From the IMG/VR virus record IMGVR_UViG_3300037400_005024, positions 94,254 through 158,253 of that record: a DNA stretch of 64,000 bases. The stretch is one strand, 5' to 3'. A model generated the notes under the pieces. It did not search any database. It saw only the letters and a program-made list of their open reading frames with translations, and was not told where the DNA came from. Source of the DNA: a virus (lineage: Duplodnaviria > Caudoviricetes). The position numbers and the translations under genes are program-made. Positions 40,422-49,876 of this stretch are shown here, one piece after another (positions within the stretch are counted from its first letter, which is position 1; every line of letters begins with the position of its first letter).

Positions 40422-41138
40422 TTAACCTTTGTACCAAGCAGGTTCATTGCCTTCAAGAGCTGAGCGTGTAAACGCACCACGCATCTTTTTAACATTTGAA
40501 ACATCCCACTTTGAAATGTCCTTATTGAATCTAGAGAACTCAAACATGCATTCCATATTCTTAACTTTTGAAACATTCCATTTTGAAATGTCTCCATTGA
40601 AAACAGAACCTGAGAACATGTTTTCCATATTTTCAACGCTTGAAACATTCCACTTTGAAATGTTACTATTGAATTTAGATCCTTTAAACATACTATCCAT
40701 ATTCTCAACTTTTGAAACATTCCACTTTGAAATATCACCATTAAAGTCAGATTTACAGAACATCCAAGACATATTTCTAACTTTTGAAACATTCCACTTT
40801 GAAATGTCACCGTTAAATTTAGATTCTGTAAACATAGCACTCATATTTTCAACTTTTGAAACATTCCACTTTGAAATGTCACCATTGAAGGGAGTACCGC
40901 CGAGCATATGATCCATATCCTTAACTTTTGAAACATCCCATTGTGAGATATCTCCATTGAATTTAGTGTTGTAGAACAAATAACTCATGTCAGTAATCTT
41001 TGAAGTGTCAATGAAGTTAAGATCACAATTAAAACCTTGCTCTTTAATTGTATCTTTGATGATCTTCATCAATTCAACCTTATTTTTAGGTTGAACTGCA
41101 GTTTTATCTGCTTCATTTAAAAAATATGTAAATTTCAT
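40422..41138 (-). CDS. DUF285/BspA-type repeat protein, 7 repeats
   Basis: Same repeat; N-terminus MKFTYFLNEA; TATAAATA at 41171-41178. Confidence 0.9.
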   Translation of the reverse strand: MKFTYFLNEADKTAVQPKNKVELMKIIKDTIKEQGFNCDLNFIDTSKITDMSYLFYNTKFNGDISQWDVSKVKDMDHMLGGTPFNGDISKWNVSKVENMSAMFTESKFNGDISKWNVSKVRNMSWMFCKSDFNGDISKWNVSKVENMDSMFKGSKFNSNISKWNVSSVENMENMFSGSVFNGDISKWNVSKVKNMECMFEFSRFNKDISKWDVSNVKKMRGAFTRSALEGNEPAWYKG

Positions 41139-41285
41139 TTAATTACTCTAAATTAAAAATAACATTTAACTATTTATAATCTGGAAAATCGAAACATCGT
41201 ACTTTTCTTTTAGGTCTTCTTTTAATTTGTTATACCGACTGATGTACTTGTTTCTTTGGTGTCATCCTCACCTGAAATAAAATCT

Positions 41286-41834
41286 TTATTTATATGATTG
41301 CATAAACCAAGCATCTCGTGAGTGGTTGAAATTATTGTTGATTTCTCTTCCAATTTTTCTGAATCTCTTGATATCAGCTGGAGTAATTTCATTACGAACA
41401 CATGAATTATAATAACCTTCGTAAGATCCAAAATATTTCATAATAAGATCAATTATTTCCTTATAATATTCTTCGTGTTCTTTAAGAAATTTAATGTAAT
41501 AAACGGAAACACTTTGAATAACACATGATAATAAATCAGCTTCTTCTTTGCTTATTGAGTAAGCTTTTTCAATCATTTCACGATGATCGTAAACACTTAG
41601 AACTCTGTTTATGACATCGCCAAGGTCATCTTTAACACAAGAATTAAAGAATGCATTTATGTTATAACGGGTTGGAGCTTTTTCGATTGAAGAATCACCT
41701 AAAAAAGTTTCTTCAGATGAATATTTTCGATAATCTTTGTTTCTAGAATTTTCCCAGTAACCATCTGAAAACTGACCAAGAATCTCTGAAACAAAAACAG
41801 CATAAAGACCAGCATCATTAAAATTAACTTTCAT
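41286..41834 (-). CDS. early hypothetical protein
   Basis: Early promoter and SD; GQFSDGYWENS motif. Confidence 0.7.
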   Translation of the reverse strand: MKVNFNDAGLYAVFVSEILGQFSDGYWENSRNKDYRKYSSEETFLGDSSIEKAPTRYNINAFFNSCVKDDLGDVINRVLSVYDHREMIEKAYSISKEEADLLSCVIQSVSVYYIKFLKEHEEYYKEIIDLIMKYFGSYEGYYNSCVRNEITPADIKRFRKIGREINNNFNHSRDAWFMQSYK

Positions 41835-41893
41835 ATTGTATTCCTTTTTTTCTTTTTTACATTATAATCCAAAATTTTTAAAATGTAAACAAA

Positions 41894-42004
41894 TTAATGT
41901 GTATAATACCAAGCTAATAACATTATAACAGGAGTACCAATTATAACTAAAGAACCAATGATAAGAACTAATCTTAAAAATAAACCTTCTAAAAAACTTC
42001 TCAT
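41894..42004 (-). CDS. 36-aa early membrane peptide
   Basis: MRSFLEGLFLRLVLIIGSLVIIGTPVIMLLAWYYTH; own early promoter and AAGGA SD. Confidence 0.6.
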   Translation of the reverse strand: MRSFLEGLFLRLVLIIGSLVIIGTPVIMLLAWYYTH

Positions 42005-42170
42005 TTTCTTATTCCTTTATTTAATTTGTTTTTACATATACATTATAAACCAAAATTTTTAAAATGTAAACAAATTTTTTAAATTTATTTGACGAACGTA
42101 TCAAAATTTAAAAATAAGGAATGATGAGGTCTAATGTTACTATTTAGATTTTTTAATCAATTTTAAAATT

Positions 42171-42229
42171 GTCTTTAAAATCAATAACTTAATAAAAGTA
42201 TTGTTTTAACTAAGTTATTGATTTATAAA
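42171..42229. repeat. dispersed palindrome copy 3
   Basis: Boxes 42179-42191 and 42211-42223. Confidence 0.85.
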
Positions 42230-42272
42230 ATAATTTTTAATTTCCTTTGAAAATTGTCGATTTTTGTGAAAT

Positions 42273-42836
42273 TTACCAATCTATATTATTGATGAAATTT
42301 AAAACTTTATATTTAAATCTATTTTTCAAAAAACTAAATAAAGACAAATCACTTTTTAGATATCTTAGAAATACTGCATTAAATGCTCCAGCTTTATCAA
42401 AATCATAAGAATCAATTTTAAAATTCCTTGGAATTCTTGGAAACTTTTTGTCACCTTTAACGTTCCTTAAAATTCTTGTTAAAAGAATTTCATCCGCATA
42501 CTTAAGGCCAGCTTTGTAAACACTTTCACCACCAATTAAAAATACTCTATTTGCTTTATTATAATAACACATTTCAAGAGCATTTTCTAATGAGGTCGCT
42601 CTGGTTACATTACTATCACTAATTTCTGAACTTGAAATAACAATATTTAAACGACCAGGTAGTGCTTTTCCAAGAGATTCGAAAGTTTTTCTACCCATTA
42701 TAACAGGATAACCTGAAGTTACATTTTTAAAGAAAATCAAGTCCTTTGGATAATACCACGGTATTTTTCCGTCAATTCCTATCACAGAATTCTTAGAAGT
42801 GCAAGTGATAATACTAACAACAACATTATTGAACAT
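42273..42836 (-). CDS. frd: dihydrofolate reductase
   Basis: VIG..G.IPW..P.D..FF, IMGRKTFES, LPGR.NIV, IGG. Confidence 0.95.
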   Translation of the reverse strand: MFNNVVVSIITCTSKNSVIGIDGKIPWYYPKDLIFFKNVTSGYPVIMGRKTFESLGKALPGRLNIVISSSEISDSNVTRATSLENALEMCYYNKANRVFLIGGESVYKAGLKYADEILLTRILRNVKGDKKFPRIPRNFKIDSYDFDKAGAFNAVFLRYLKSDLSLFSFLKNRFKYKVLNFINNIDW

Positions 42837-43338
42837 TCAGGTCTCCGTAAACTTTATACGCAAACTCTAAAATTGATGAATCTTTCTTAGTATTGTCAAA
42901 GATGTATTTAAAACATGAATCTGGTATTTTATCAATTCCAGACTCAGAAATGTGAGAATCTAAGCAAGGTGAATCTAATTTAATTATGAAACCACCTTTT
43001 TCTAGAATTGCATCAACTTCGTGCTGAAATCTAACATCTGCAACAATTAAATCATCATCCTTTAATACTAAATCAGCCCAAACTCTTTTTCCGCAGAACC
43101 TTTGCATAACGTCTGTTCCAAATGTCTGTAAAATAGAACGCATGTTTGTTCCAAGAATTTTAGAGTCTTCAGAATTCTTAAGTTCATTTAATTCATCTTT
43201 ACTAATCTTGAAAAGATCACACAGAATATCCTTTATAGGATCAGCAAAATGAACAACTTTAAATCCTGTAAATTCTCTTAAAATAGCACTTAGATAATCC
43301 TTTCCAGAACCTTTATGACCACAAATTCCAATAATCAT
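42826..43338 (-). CDS. gp1: deoxynucleoside monophosphate kinase
   Basis: GICGHKGSGKD, FADPIK, R.ILQ.FGT, DVRF..E, H.SE. Confidence 0.92.
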   Translation of the reverse strand: MIIGICGHKGSGKDYLSAILREFTGFKVVHFADPIKDILCDLFKISKDELNELKNSEDSKILGTNMRSILQTFGTDVMQRFCGKRVWADLVLKDDDLIVADVRFQHEVDAILEKGGFIIKLDSPCLDSHISESGIDKIPDSCFKYIFDNTKKDSSILEFAYKVYGDLNVQ

Positions 43339-43652
43339 GAATGTTTATCCTTTCGAGTAAAAGTTCAATTAAAAACAAAAAACACGTTATGAAATTCAGT
43401 ATTAAAAACATTCCAAACTTATCTGGAAATGCAACCATTGTTAAAACAGAAAATAAAATGTCTAATTTAATGATGTATTTTCTGAAATTTGAAATCTTAG
43501 TTAAACAGAGAACAAAATCTAATATTATAAGAATACAGAATAATATAAAACTTTGTTCAACTGTAAATAAAACATATAAAGCGCTTAATTTATAAAAAAA
43601 TACATACTTTCAAAAATTCAAAAATTAAAGCACGAATTAAACTACTTTGCAT
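43313..43652 (-). pseudogene. membrane protein gene frameshifted in a T7 homopolymer
   Basis: MQSSLIRALIFEFLKVCIF then, after removing one base at 43594-43600, YKLSALYVLF...WNLWS*; fills the operon gap exactly. Confidence 0.55.
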
Positions 43653-43974
43653 TTTCTTTGTTTACTTGAGTTTGTTCTTTGAACTCATTAAAGTGCTTTT
43701 CTCGCTTAGCTAATTCATCTGAAGAAATTAGTTTATCATTAAATTCCTTATTATACTTTTCCTCAAATTCCTTAGAAAAAGCAAGCGCTTCTTTAAGGTG
43801 TTTAATCATGTTGTTAAAACTTTCATCATTCTTTAAGTCATCCGGAGCGTTCTTGATAGAATCTTCAAAGCATAAAGAATTTAAAATTGTTTGCTTACAT
43901 CTATCTTTAAAAATTCTAAATTCATCAGCAGTGAAAGTTAATGTATAAGAATCATTTGTCTTTTTAATTTTCAT
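43642..43974 (-). CDS. hypothetical protein
   Basis: ORF in early operon. Confidence 0.65.
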   Translation of the reverse strand: MKIKKTNDSYTLTFTADEFRIFKDRCKQTILNSLCFEDSIKNAPDDLKNDESFNNMIKHLKEALAFSKEFEEKYNKEFNDKLISSDELAKREKHFNEFKEQTQVNKENAK

Positions 43975-44304
43975 TTAATAACTACCTTCATAATAATATT
44001 TTTCATGTTCTGAATTTGTGTACATTGTGCACAAATTCTTATAAATTTCTTTTGCTTCGTCTAAATCATCTTCAGTATAACGCGGAAACATTATTCTTTC
44101 ATCATTTAATTCTCTTTCTATATTTTTAATGAAAGATTCCATATCTTTTATAAGTCTACTTAAAACACTTCTAGTTAGTTCACAATTCAAGTAACCAGAT
44201 TCTAACTCTGGAAAAATGTTTGAAATAAATTCATGAAGATACCACTTATTTCTTAGATAAACTATTTCTTTGTCTTTAGTTTTGATAGTTGCATCTAATC
44301 CCAT
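43975..44304 (-). CDS. hypothetical phage protein (MGLD... family)
   Basis: MGLD start, Y.R....LH, C-terminal YY..S. Confidence 0.65.
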   Translation of the reverse strand: MGLDATIKTKDKEIVYLRNKWYLHEFISNIFPELESGYLNCELTRSVLSRLIKDMESFIKNIERELNDERIMFPRYTEDDLDEAKEIYKNLCTMYTNSEHEKYYYEGSY

Positions 44305-44318
44305 AATTGTAACTCCTT

Positions 44319-44519
44319 TTATCTAAAGTATCTTTCAATAACCTTTAAAAGATCGCACATTGATTCCGCATTTCTGATCATTTCTCTAAGCAATTCAAGA
44401 TTATTCGAGTAATCATCTGAGGACTCAAGTGTTTGAATTGCTTCTAAGTTTGTTTCACTGAATTCTTTATAAAGTTTAATTAAGTTTTTAATTTCCTGAG
44501 TTGTCATTTTCAATTCCAT
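44319..44519 (-). CDS. hypothetical protein
   Basis: ORF in operon. Confidence 0.5.
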   Translation of the reverse strand: MELKMTTQEIKNLIKLYKEFSETNLEAIQTLESSDDYSNNLELLREMIRNAESMCDLLKVIERYFR

Positions 44520-44685
44520 TTGGATATTTCTTTAACATTTCTTTATCAATTTGCTTTTTGATTTTTTCGGCTAACTTTTTAGAATTATCCATCTGAAAAA
44601 CAACTTCAGCAATATCTTCAATTTTTCTACCAATCACTCTATTTAAAATAAAGATTGCTTCTTCAACGGTTAAATTAAGTCTCAT
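44488..44685 (-). CDS. hypothetical protein
   Basis: GGAG SD; upstream GGAC-N27-TATAAT. Confidence 0.5.
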   Translation of the reverse strand: MRLNLTVEEAIFILNRVIGRKIEDIAEVVFQMDNSKKLAEKIKKQIDKEMLKKYPNGIENDNSGN

Positions 44686-44776
44686 TAGTTACTCCAAATA
44701 GTCTTTAATGAATTTTTTAATAGTTTTATATATTATATAAAAATCTATAAAAAATTTTTTATTTGTCCAAAAAATT

Positions 44777-45202
44777 TTAAAATTCATTATGAACTTTAAC
44801 TGCTTTGATGTTATGCCTTTTGAACATTTCTATATTCTTTTCTCTATCATCATAAGCACAAACAATATTGTATTTCTTCTCTAATTTAAGAAGTTCTCTT
44901 TCTTTAATTATAAAATCTTTTTCATAGTTATAGTCAGGTCTCATAATTAGTAAATCAGATTTAATATGATTAAATGCTAACCAACAAGAAGTTCTAGTTC
45001 TTAACCTCTCAGGTCTTCCTGTCAACATAATGATTTTGATTTTGTAAGTGTTAAGAATATCTAAAACATCTTGAAACACCGGATCTTCAGTGCATAAACT
45101 GTAATAGAGTTTATGGTCGTGCTTCTCAATTAGATACTTAATTCGGTGAGAATGATCCGATAATGTTCCATCTATATCAAATATAACTGCGTCTTCCTTC
45201 AT
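44777..45202 (-). CDS. HAD phosphatase (PseT/PNK 3'-phosphatase-like domain)
   Basis: IFDIDGT, LTGR, LIMR, DDR. Confidence 0.85.
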   Translation of the reverse strand: MKEDAVIFDIDGTLSDHSHRIKYLIEKHDHKLYYSLCTEDPVFQDVLDILNTYKIKIIMLTGRPERLRTRTSCWLAFNHIKSDLLIMRPDYNYEKDFIIKERELLKLEKKYNIVCAYDDREKNIEMFKRHNIKAVKVHNEF

Positions 45203-45247
45203 TATTATCTCATTTTAAAAACATAGATTGCTTCTTCAACAGTTAGA

Positions 45248-45787
45248 TTAAGTCTCATCAGTTACTCCAAATGCTCTGAACTCGCCTTCAACCTCAATTT
45301 CATATTTGTTGAAGAGGTCTGTAAATGATAAATAACCTTTAGGCGAAACTACGACTTTTACATAATCATTTATGTCTTTAGTGATTGTTGAAATTGTTGT
45401 AAAGTATTCTGTCCCAGTTTCTTTATTTCTAAAATGAATATTGACACCTAATAATTCATTTATATAAAACTCAGTATCAGCTTTACTCTTTCTGTTAAAA
45501 ACAAGCTCGTAAAATTCTCTAATAGTTTTGCAAGGTCTGTAAGTATTTTTTTCTATAACTGATTCTACAGGTAATGCACATGCTGAGTAACATTCGCCTA
45601 CGTCATTCTCAAAAACAAAAGGTGTATCAATAAGACCTTCATCAACTCTGATTAAAGTGTGAATAGAATTATTTTTAATTCTAAACTGTATTCCGTAAAG
45701 AGTATTACTAAAATAATACTTATTACCAACGATGGCTTTATCACAGTTAACCCATGTGATCAAGTCATTTGTATCGAATGTTTTCAT
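45248..45787 (-). CDS. early hypothetical protein
   Basis: Early promoter 45841-45870; GAGG SD. Confidence 0.7.
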   Translation of the reverse strand: MKTFDTNDLITWVNCDKAIVGNKYYFSNTLYGIQFRIKNNSIHTLIRVDEGLIDTPFVFENDVGECYSACALPVESVIEKNTYRPCKTIREFYELVFNRKSKADTEFYINELLGVNIHFRNKETGTEYFTTISTITKDINDYVKVVVSPKGYLSFTDLFNKYEIEVEGEFRAFGVTDET

Positions 45788-45953
45788 CTTTTAATTCCTC
45801 TAACTCTTCTAACTCTGTTTTTAAAAATTTTTACAATATCATTATAACACAAACTTTAGAAAACGTAAACAATTTTTTAAAAAATTTTTGATATACGTAA
45901 CATTTTTTATAAAATGAAATCAGTTAAATGAGGTTGAGGAAGAGACAATAAAA

Positions 45954-45977
45954 AAGGAATCTCTTTCGAGATTCCTT
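45954..45977 (-). terminator. intrinsic terminator after gp23
   Basis: 10-bp perfect stem AAGGAATCTC/GAGATTCCTT, GAAA loop on -, U-tract. Confidence 0.85.
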
Positions 45978-45999
45978 CTTATTTGTTTAGATGTTTAGA

Positions 46000-47382
46000 T
46001 TATGCTAAAACAGTCTTTGAGAAATCAATACCGTAAGTAGTTGCATAAGTCTGAGCACGGTCTAAAGCATTTGCTGACTCAACACCAGGAATTGCAGTTA
46101 ATGCATAACGAGTTGAAGCAACGATAGCTGGCTGTGCAGTATCAGGGTTTTGAACTCTAGTGAATGAAATTGGTACATATGGAGCATAGAAACCAATAGC
46201 ATCAGTTCTCTCATTACCCTTATAAAGAACAGTGCAGTAATCATTTGCAGCATACTGATCAACGATAACCTTGTAACGACCATCGAAGATACCAGCAACA
46301 CCACCAGCAGCAGGAACATCTAACTGATTGAACTTAGGTGATAATGCAAAACCATCTAACTGACGTAACATTACAGCAACCTTAGGTGAAACAATTAGAG
46401 TATTACCACCATTACCATTCTTAACGGCCTGGCCGATTAAAACAGCTTCCTTATCAATTCGGATAGCTTCAGCACGGTAACGCTCAATCTCCCAACGGCC
46501 TGACATATCCTTATAATCAGTACCAGTGATGATATTTGAATCAGGAGCTACTCTAGCCCAGCTGTTAACAGCCTCAACGCACTCACGATCAATTTCAGCC
46601 TGTAACTCGTAAGAAGCTAAGTTGATTAACTCCTCATCAGCTAATTGACCATGTTGAGCCTTCAAATCTTGGTACATTTCCATTGTGAATGGAGTCTTTA
46701 CCTTACGGGTTTGAACTTCGATAGCTTTCTTGGTAACCTCGAAGCCAAGCTCTTTCATATCCTTACCAAGAACCTCACCAGCAGCAGTGCTGTAAGCACC
46801 AGTGTAATGGGTAAGAATTCTTAAGAATGAAGCTTCGTTAGTATATACTGCCTTAACCTTAGCATTTGAACCAACAGCAGTATCAACATCGGTCTTTGTA
46901 GGATTTGCTACTAAAGCGAAGAAACCATTCTTGTTCTCTTCCTTATGTAATAAAGTACCACCAACACCATCAACTGCACCATTTAAAGTAGCATCAGTTA
47001 GAACATCGGTCTTGATTAAAACAACTCTCTTACCAGCAGTATCTGCAGGACGATTGCCATCGCCAATGTACTTGTTAACCCATGCATAAATATAACCAGT
47101 TGGCATGCTCATAGGCTGAACACCTAAAATCTCGTGAGCAATTAAGTTAGGGAATACACGACGAACGATAGGTAAAAGAATTGGGGTGAACTGTGCAACG
47201 TCAGATGACATTGTACCTTCATTGATCTGTGATGCATTATAGAAATTCTGAGTATTCTCAAAAAGCTTTAACATATCTGCTTTCTGAACATCAGAAATTT
47301 TTGCATACTTGCTTGACTCGAGTAATTGACGCTGGAAATCATTGTCAAAACTCTCAGTAAGAATTTCATTGATTGACTTCAT
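46000..47382 (-). CDS. gp23: major capsid protein
   Basis: PILLPIVRRVFPNLIA..I.GVQPM..PTG.I, E..QDLKA.HG, EIDRE, FYAPYVP, TRY. Confidence 0.97.
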   Translation of the reverse strand: MKSINEILTESFDNDFQRQLLESSKYAKISDVQKADMLKLFENTQNFYNASQINEGTMSSDVAQFTPILLPIVRRVFPNLIAHEILGVQPMSMPTGYIYAWVNKYIGDGNRPADTAGKRVVLIKTDVLTDATLNGAVDGVGGTLLHKEENKNGFFALVANPTKTDVDTAVGSNAKVKAVYTNEASFLRILTHYTGAYSTAAGEVLGKDMKELGFEVTKKAIEVQTRKVKTPFTMEMYQDLKAQHGQLADEELINLASYELQAEIDRECVEAVNSWARVAPDSNIITGTDYKDMSGRWEIERYRAEAIRIDKEAVLIGQAVKNGNGGNTLIVSPKVAVMLRQLDGFALSPKFNQLDVPAAGGVAGIFDGRYKVIVDQYAANDYCTVLYKGNERTDAIGFYAPYVPISFTRVQNPDTAQPAIVASTRYALTAIPGVESANALDRAQTYATTYGIDFSKTVLA

Positions 47383-47413
47383 AATTTTATATTATAACTC
47401 CGGTAGTTTAATT

Positions 47414-48193
47414 TTATACGAATCTCTTCCAAGCGGTTGAAGACTCATTTGAAACTTGTACATTTGAATCTGTCTCAGACTCATCTAAAGAATCTGACTC
47501 TGAATTATCTACAGCAGAAACAGCTTCAATACTATTCTTAATCTTTAAAATTGACTCTTTAATATCATTTAAAGACATTCTTGATTTTTCAGAATCAGAA
47601 ATGTTATTAAAGTGCATCTCAACTAGTGATTTGAATGCTTGAGTCTGAGGTAATGTTAATGACTCAGAAATTTCAGCACATAGTGCTGCTTTCTTAACAT
47701 CGAATAACTCATTCTTTAAAGCAACATTCTCAGACATTAAAGAATTACACTGATTTCGAATGTCTTCTGACTCATCAATGTTTGATGGCTTGATAACATC
47801 ACCAATCTCTTTACCAACAAGATTTGCTGATTTTTCAAAAAGAGCTAGTAAAGCATCTGCCTTGTATGGTTTAACTAAAGAATCGATCTTTGAAGCATTC
47901 TCATTTACAAAATCGTCAACGATTTTAGATAAATAAGTGTTAAGATTTTCAACAAGCTGTTGCTGATAATCATCTGTATACTTTTCAAATGCTTCATCAA
48001 GCTGTTGCTTGTAAGCCTCTGCTTCTTCATTCAGCTGTGACTTAATCTCAGCGCTCATATCTTCGGCAATTAAATGAGATTTTGCCTCTACAGCATCATT
48101 GAATGCTTCGGTTAACTTCTCTTTCATTGCTGGTGTGAACACTTTTTCGTCAACAGACTCAAAAAGGTTTTCTAGCATGATTTCTCCATTCAT
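47414..48193 (-). CDS. gp22: prohead core scaffold
   Basis: Acidic coiled coil between gp21 and gp23; F..AV, L..YL..IV. Confidence 0.8.
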   Translation of the reverse strand: MNGEIMLENLFESVDEKVFTPAMKEKLTEAFNDAVEAKSHLIAEDMSAEIKSQLNEEAEAYKQQLDEAFEKYTDDYQQQLVENLNTYLSKIVDDFVNENASKIDSLVKPYKADALLALFEKSANLVGKEIGDVIKPSNIDESEDIRNQCNSLMSENVALKNELFDVKKAALCAEISESLTLPQTQAFKSLVEMHFNNISDSEKSRMSLNDIKESILKIKNSIEAVSAVDNSESDSLDESETDSNVQVSNESSTAWKRFV

Positions 48194-48281
48194 AAAGAAT
48201 TTTTATATTTATATTTATAACTTTAAATTTGTTTTCTTAACAAATTTTTATTATTTCTATTTATATTTTTCCAACTATCTT

Positions 48282-48995
48282 TTAAAGACTTTTGAAAAAA
48301 TCAGTTAATTTTTTTGTTAAATGATCTTGTACGTCTTCAAGATTTTCTGAAATTAAAGTATCAATGTTTTCAGAATCAGTGGAATCAGAATCTACACTTT
48401 CTGAAATCTCAGAACTCTTGATAATGTTACCATTTCCGTCGTACTCAAAGTGTAAGTCATCAATTACACCTTCATTTAACTGATATGATTCACAAACACC
48501 ATTCATAGTTGCATTATAATCAGATGGGTTTGAAACAATATCGTATGTAATTAAGTTAAAATCTTTAACAACTGAATCAACTACAGAACCAACACCACGA
48601 GATGAAACAGAAATTTTAACACCATTATCAATTAAAGATTTTAATTGATTTGCTTTTGTGTTATTTAGCAGAACTGCTTCACCCATCACGTATTTTCCAT
48701 CAATATACAGTTTATTGATTTTTGCAACGGCTTGCATAGGATCAACATTTGAACGTGCTGGATGCTCGTATTCCATTAAAGTGTTGATTGAACCAGATGC
48801 AATCACATCTTGGTACTTCTCAACTTGCTCTTTCCAAAGTTTTTCAGGATAAATTCTACCATTACGATTTTTAGTATTGATTGTTGAAAAAATACCTTTA
48901 ATCTTGTACTTTTTCTCAACTTGACCAGTTGTCTCATTGAGTTCATCAACTTTTTCGATGCTAGAATTTGAATCGATGTCAAATATAAGTTTCAT
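48282..48995 (-). CDS. gp21: prohead protease
   Basis: IKGIF, NRNGRIYP, EHP, VSSRGVGS, DIV.NPS. Confidence 0.95.
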   Translation of the reverse strand: MKLIFDIDSNSSIEKVDELNETTGQVEKKYKIKGIFSTINTKNRNGRIYPEKLWKEQVEKYQDVIASGSINTLMEYEHPARSNVDPMQAVAKINKLYIDGKYVMGEAVLLNNTKANQLKSLIDNGVKISVSSRGVGSVVDSVVKDFNLITYDIVSNPSDYNATMNGVCESYQLNEGVIDDLHFEYDGNGNIIKSSEISESVDSDSTDSENIDTLISENLEDVQDHLTKKLTDFFKSL

Positions 48996-49009
48996 AGTTT
49001 TAAAACCCT

Positions 49010-49330
49010 TTAATCTTCATCGTCAGATTCATCATCGTCATCGTCAGAATCATCATCTTTGTCTGAATCTTTCTCTGAATCTTTTTCTGAATCTTCTAAC
49101 TCATCGTCATCATCTTCATCAGAATCATCGCAATCTTTACACTCAGACTCAGAAATTGAACCAAGAGAACCTAGAGTATCAGTTAAATTCTTGTAATATT
49201 CAATTTTACTCATTGAATTTTTAATAAAAGAATTTTTATCTAACTTTTCTTCTAAAGTCTTCTTCACTGCTTCGAAAAATGATGAAAAATCACCGTTCTG
49301 AGCGTTTACAATATCGTTCTTAGTTAACAT
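49010..49330 (-). CDS. prohead core protein (gp67-like), acidic tail
   Basis: Position upstream of gp21; D/E-rich C-terminus. Confidence 0.55.
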   Translation of the reverse strand: MLTKNDIVNAQNGDFSSFFEAVKKTLEEKLDKNSFIKNSMSKIEYYKNLTDTLGSLGSISESECKDCDDSDEDDDDELEDSEKDSEKDSDKDDDSDDDDDESDDED

Positions 49331-49353
49331 ATAAATTTTACCTCGAATTCTGT

Positions 49354-49866
49354 TTAATGTTTCTTGTTATATTTAGTTCTAGCTAAAGCATATGCTTTTT
49401 CAGCACTAATTCCAGTAAATATCGCTGTGTCCAATCTTGCAACTTTCACTAAATGCTCTGGAGGAATCACTGCACCTTTCGGAGCAAATCTGCTTCTAAT
49501 GTACAATCTTATACAAGGAGCATAGTTAAAACGTTTTAAAAATGGTTTTAATTGTTTATAAGAAAATTCAAGTGGTTTTTGTTCTTTGATATTTCTAGAA
49601 TTAAGTTTTAAAATAGCATAAATCAATTTCATTCTCATGTTTATAGGAAGCCAGTGAAAATTTAATCCTAAAACATGATTTGAATTTTTTGCTAAAACAA
49701 GAAATAAAGGGCGTGCATCGTACGGTGCTTCGTATTTAGCATCATACATTGTCAAAATAAGATTCCCTGGAATAAGATACTTTTGAACACTCTTAGAATT
49801 TCTAAGTAATTCTTTAAGCATCTTTTTAGAATCACTTTTTGATAACTGAACGCTTACGCCCTTCAT
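49354..49866 (-). CDS. gp2: DNA end protector
   Basis: YDAK...YD..PL, GLNFHWLP...R, PCIRLY. Confidence 0.88.
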   Translation of the reverse strand: MKGVSVQLSKSDSKKMLKELLRNSKSVQKYLIPGNLILTMYDAKYEAPYDARPLFLVLAKNSNHVLGLNFHWLPINMRMKLIYAILKLNSRNIKEQKPLEFSYKQLKPFLKRFNYAPCIRLYIRSRFAPKGAVIPPEHLVKVARLDTAIFTGISAEKAYALARTKYNKKH

Positions 49867-49876
49867 CTAATACCTT

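Noticed and set aside
38212-41138. CRISPR array or DGR; overlapping antisense and alternative-frame ORFs
   Set aside because: The repeats are in-frame 72-bp coding units without spacers; no reverse transcriptase is present; shadow ORFs follow from the repeat periodicity
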